From positions 47,500 through 111,499 of the forward strand of contig CANJJT010000002.1 of NCBI GenBank assembly GCA_947474715.1: a DNA stretch of 64,000 bases, in the 5' to 3' direction. The DNA is from Betaproteobacteria bacterium. Lineage in GTDB: Bacteria; Pseudomonadota; Gammaproteobacteria; Burkholderiales; SG8-39. The first letter of the stretch is position 1; each line of letters opens with the position of its first letter. Positions 60,336 through 64,000 of the stretch are shown piece by piece. The position numbers and the translations under genes are program-made. The notes below the pieces were generated by a model. That model was given only the letters and a program-made list of their open reading frames with translations. It was not told the DNA's origin and made no database searches.

Positions 60336-61331
60336 ATGCCATCATCGCCGCAATATTCGCCGCAATCGCCGCTTCGCACGCTGCTGCTGGCCGCGCTGCT
60401 GCTGCAGCCCCTTGCGGCACAGGCCCAGGCGGAGGACTTCCCCGCCCGCGCCATGCGCTTCATCATCCCCTATCCGCCCGGGGGCATTACCGACACCATT
60501 GGCCGGCTGGTCGGCAACAAGCTGTCGCAGGATTTCAACCAGACCATCATCATCGACAACCGTCCCGGCGCCGGCGGCAACATCGGTGCGCAGATCGCCG
60601 CCAAGGCCTCGCCCGACGGCCACACCCTGTTCATGGGTTTTCCCGGCACCCATGGCATCAACGTGCACATGTACAAGGACATGGGCTACGACCCGATCAA
60701 GGACTTCCAGCCCATCACCCTGCTGATCAAGTCGCCCATGGTGCTGCTCATCCATGCCTCGGTGCCGGCCAACAACCTGCAGGAACTGATTGCCCATGCC
60801 AAGGCCAACCCGGGCAAGCTCAACTTCGGCTCCTCCGGCACCGGCGGCGCTTCGCATTTCGCGCTGGTGAGCTTCCAGCTGGCCGCCGGCGTGGACATCA
60901 CCCACGTCCCCTACAAGGGCACGGCCGGTGTCGAAACCGACGTCATGGCCGGGCGCCTCTCCGGCCACTTCGGTTCGGAGATCAGCTCCATGGGCGGGGT
61001 GAAGACCGGGGTGAAGAAGCCCATCGCCGTCACCAGCCAGAAACGGCTGAAGAACTGGCCCGCCATTCCTGCGCTGGCCGAAACCTTTTCAGGCTTCGAG
61101 TATGGCACCTGGCTGGGCGTGCTCACGCCCGCAGGCGTGCCTGCGGCGCGGGTGGACAAGCTCAACCGCGGCCTGAGGAAGGCCATGGAGGATGCCGACG
61201 TTCAGAAGCGCTTTGCCGAGAACGGCGTGGAGGCCGCCGGCGGCACACCAGCCGAGTTCGCCGCCTTCATTGCCTCGGAGACGAAGAAGTTCGCGCAGAT
61301 CGTCAAGGTCTCGGGCGCCAAGCCGGAATAG
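60336..61331 (+). CDS. Bug-family substrate-binding protein, no. 6
   Basis: AEDFPARAMRFIIPYPPGGITD..LNFGSSGTGGASHFALVSF..VPYKGTAGVETDVMAGRL. Start at ATG 60336 (GGAGG upstream). Confidence 0.9.
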   Translation: MPSSPQYSPQSPLRTLLLAALLLQPLAAQAQAEDFPARAMRFIIPYPPGGITDTIGRLVGNKLSQDFNQTIIIDNRPGAGGNIGAQIAAKASPDGHTLFMGFPGTHGINVHMYKDMGYDPIKDFQPITLLIKSPMVLLIHASVPANNLQELIAHAKANPGKLNFGSSGTGGASHFALVSFQLAAGVDITHVPYKGTAGVETDVMAGRLSGHFGSEISSMGGVKTGVKKPIAVTSQKRLKNWPAIPALAETFSGFEYGTWLGVLTPAGVPAARVDKLNRGLRKAMEDADVQKRFAENGVEAAGGTPAEFAAFIASETKKFAQIVKVSGAKPE

Positions 61332-61391
61332 GCTAACCGCGGGCATCCTACACACCACACACACCATTCAGACAACAACGAGGAATCCGCA

Positions 61392-62900
61392 ATGAGCATG
61401 ACCGAAGGCGCGAAGATACGCAGCCAGCTGAACCACCCCATCATCGACGGCGACGGCCACTGGGTCGAAACCATCCCGGTGCACCTGGATTACATCCGGC
61501 AGGTGGCGGGACCCGACATGGCCAAGCGCTACGCTGCCTACTGCTCCTCACACCCGCGCTGGTACCAGGCGAGCGACGAGGAACGCCGCAACAAGCGCAT
61601 GCGCCGCGCCACCTGGTGGCTCACCCCCACCCACACCGAAGACCGCGCCGCCATCATGATGCCCAAGCTGCTGCGCCAGCGCATGGACAACCTGGGCATC
61701 GACTTTGCGGTGATGTACACCTCGATCGGCCTGAACCTGCACCGTATCCAGTCCGAGGACATGCGCAAGGCCGTGGGCCGCGCCTACAACATCATGGCGC
61801 GCGACTGGTTCGCCGAGCACATGGACCGCTTCGCGCCCGCGGCCGTGGTCACCGCCATCACGCCTGACGAGGCGGTGGAGGAAATCCGCTTCATCCGCCA
61901 GGAGCTGGGTCTCAAGGTCATCATGATGGCGGGTGCCTTCCCGCGCGTGATCCCGGCCCACGCCGACAAGCTGGCCACCGCTGCGGCCGGCGACTTCCGC
62001 ATGAAGCCCAACGAGCTGCCCTACTACATCGAGGCGCTGGGCTTGGACAACCAGTACGACTACGACCCGGTGTGGAAGACCTGCACCGAGCTGGGCGTGG
62101 CGGTGTCCGCGCATGGTGGCAGCCGTGACTGGGTGGACCGCATGTCCTGGACCAATGACGTGTACAACCACATCGACCACTTCGCTAACGCCAACCACAC
62201 CTTTGCCAAGGCGGTGTTCCTGGGCGGGGTGGTGAAGCGTTTCCCCAACCTGAACTTCGCCTTCCTCGAAGGCGGCATGGGCTGGGCGGCCTCACTCTGC
62301 TGCGACCTGCAGGGCCACTGGGAAAAACGCAACTGGCCGTCCATGCAGGAGAACCTGCGCCCCACCAACCTCGACCAGGCGCGCATGCGCCAGCTGATGG
62401 AACAGTACGGCGGGCCGCGCATGCGCGAACACATCGACGAGATCTTCGCCAGCTTCGAATGGAGCAAGGTGGGCGCCACCGTGGAAGACCTCACCGCGCG
62501 CGAGAAGGAACACTACGACGACTTCGGCCACGTCGGCCCCTTCGCCAACAAGCGCGAAGTGCGCGAACTGTTCGCCCGCAACTTCCACTTCGGCTGCGAG
62601 GCCGACGACCCCACCACCATGTTCGCCTTCGACCCGCGCATGAAGGTACGCCTGAAGGCGGTGTTCAGCTCCGACATCGGCCACTGGGACGTGCCGCACA
62701 TCGACGAGGTGGTGCCCGAAGTGCACGAGGCGCTGGAGAAAGGCATCCTCACGCAGCAGGACTTCCGCGACTTCACCTTCTCGCACGTCGTGAACCTGCA
62801 TGGGGGCATGAACCCGGATTTCTTCAAAGGCACGGTGGTTGAGGAAGCGGCCGGAGCGGAGCTCGCGCGCCTGAAGGGCTTGCGGGCGAAGGCGGCCTGA
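61392..62900 (+). CDS. Amidohydrolase-2 (PF04909-like) family protein, long form
   Basis: IIDGDGHWVE.. metal-binding start, AVSAHGG, SDIGHWD. 502 aa. Confidence 0.75.
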   Translation: MSMTEGAKIRSQLNHPIIDGDGHWVETIPVHLDYIRQVAGPDMAKRYAAYCSSHPRWYQASDEERRNKRMRRATWWLTPTHTEDRAAIMMPKLLRQRMDNLGIDFAVMYTSIGLNLHRIQSEDMRKAVGRAYNIMARDWFAEHMDRFAPAAVVTAITPDEAVEEIRFIRQELGLKVIMMAGAFPRVIPAHADKLATAAAGDFRMKPNELPYYIEALGLDNQYDYDPVWKTCTELGVAVSAHGGSRDWVDRMSWTNDVYNHIDHFANANHTFAKAVFLGGVVKRFPNLNFAFLEGGMGWAASLCCDLQGHWEKRNWPSMQENLRPTNLDQARMRQLMEQYGGPRMREHIDEIFASFEWSKVGATVEDLTAREKEHYDDFGHVGPFANKREVRELFARNFHFGCEADDPTTMFAFDPRMKVRLKAVFSSDIGHWDVPHIDEVVPEVHEALEKGILTQQDFRDFTFSHVVNLHGGMNPDFFKGTVVEEAAGAELARLKGLRAKAA

Positions 62901-62927
62901 GCAGGCAGGCGCCTCGGCATACCGGAC

Positions 62928-62959
62928 GGGGGCGAGCCAGGGCTCGCCCCCGTTTTTTT
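62928..62959 (+). terminator. Intrinsic terminator after the amidohydrolase gene
   Basis: GGGGGCGAGC-CAGG-GCTCGCCCCC followed by G-TTTTTTT. Confidence 0.85.
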
Positions 62960-62965
62960 GTCTGG

Positions 62966-64000
62966 CTATTCGATGACCAGACCGATCTGTTTCACCAGTT
63001 TCGAATAGGTCTCGAATTCAGCCTGGTATGCCCTGGCCCCGTCCTCAGGCGAGCTGGCGATGATGTTGTAGCCATTGGCGGAGACCTTGGCGGCCAGGTC
63101 CGGTGAGCGCAGCGCCTTGACGATGGCTGCGTTGAGCTGGTTCACCAGCGCGGTCGGAGTGGCCGAGGGAACCAGGTAGTAATTCCGGGTGGCCGCACCG
63201 TTGACGCCCAGGGTTTCACGCATGGTGGGGATGTCCGGCAGGCTGTCCCAGCGTCCCGAGGAGCTCACCGCCAGCGGGCGCACCTTGCCTGACTTGATGT
63301 GCGGGCGAATGGTGTTGTCGACAAAGGCAAAGTCGACCTGCTCGCCCAGCAGCGCGGTCGCCGCCTCGGAGGTGCCCTTGTAGGGAACATGCACCCCCTT
63401 GGCCTGCGCGGCCAGCAGGACCATTTCAGCATTCAGGTGCTGGGTGCCGCCCAGGCCGGTCGAGCCGAAGGTGAGCTGCCTGGGGGATTTGCGTGCAATT
63501 TCCAGCAGGTCCTTGATGGAACGTGCCTCCGAGGAGGCTGGAACGGCCAGGATGCTGGGCACCTCGGTCAGCCAGGACACCAGGGTCAGGGTCTTCAGGA
63601 TATCCAGGGGATATTCCTTCAGGCTGGCGGCCGCGGTGAGCATGGAGGAATAGGTGCTGAGGATGGTGTAGCCATCCGGCGCGGCCCTGGCGACGATGCC
63701 TGCGGAGATGGCAAAAGCGCCGCCGGGCCGGTTCTCGACCAGCACCGGCTGCCCCCAGAATTCCGACAGCTTGCCGGCCATCAGGCGGGTCTGCGTCTCG
63801 GCGCCGCCGCCGGGCGCATACGGAATGACCAGCCGCACCGGCTTGACGGGAAAGGTCTGCGCGCTGGCACTGGCCGGAAACACCGCTGGCAGGGCCAGGG
63901 GCATCATCAGGCCCAGCAGGCATGCGCGCCACCGGCCCCGTCGCCCCGTACCGACTTTTTCACTGAAACGCTGCAAGGCTTTGTGCCTGAACTGTGTCAT
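62966..64000 (-). CDS. Bug-family substrate-binding protein, no. 7 (start codon at the window edge)
   Basis: AQTFPVKPVRLVIPYAPGGGAE..LTFGSTGLGGTQHLNAEMV..VPYKGTSEAATALLGEQVD. ATG at 63998-64000. Confidence 0.88.
   Translation of the reverse strand: MTQFRHKALQRFSEKVGTGRRGRWRACLLGLMMPLALPAVFPASASAQTFPVKPVRLVIPYAPGGGAETQTRLMAGKLSEFWGQPVLVENRPGGAFAISAGIVARAAPDGYTILSTYSSMLTAAASLKEYPLDILKTLTLVSWLTEVPSILAVPASSEARSIKDLLEIARKSPRQLTFGSTGLGGTQHLNAEMVLLAAQAKGVHVPYKGTSEAATALLGEQVDFAFVDNTIRPHIKSGKVRPLAVSSSGRWDSLPDIPTMRETLGVNGAATRNYYLVPSATPTALVNQLNAAIVKALRSPDLAAKVSANGYNIIASSPEDGARAYQAEFETYSKLVKQIGLVIE

Overview
High-GC, Betaproteobacteria-like chromosomal window; the taxon is inferred from gene content (many Bug/TctC binding proteins, ispB<>rplU-rpmA-obg-proB synteny, PilS/PilR, CNP1-like protein). 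About 1-22 kb is mostly housekeeping: maeB, an aminotransferase, an H1-like protein, ampD, pilS/pilR, tRNA-Pro(CGG), ispB, rplU, rpmA, obg, proB, rppH, proS, pyrF. It also holds a decayed IS630 transposase and a truncated ribonucleotide reductase. About 23-64 kb is visibly more GC-rich and consists of catabolic, transport and signalling modules: seven orphan Bug-family binding proteins, crotonases, CoA ligase/transferase, amidohydrolases, and an SBP-kinase-RR-cyclase cluster. It also encodes a SulP-STAS-cNMP transporter, PPK2, SelO, an MFS pump and pfk. The strongest lead is a minus-strand gene (42425-44065) that ORF callers split at an in-frame TGA. The TGA sits in a D-U-G-S-C motif and a SECIS-like hairpin lies 10 nt downstream, so this looks like a UGSC-type selenoprotein fused to an uncharacterised ~350-aa domain. 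That domain also occurs as a stand-alone paralog at 35769-36818, and each copy is followed by a Bug gene. Other leads are a ~255-bp MITE family with solo hairpin ends, and a ~95-120-nt leader-like repeat directly upstream of two unrelated genes with a compensatory stem change. There is also a terminator-bounded candidate sRNA and three 1-nt frameshifts. All family names rest on motifs read by eye; no searches were run, and many start codons are approximate.
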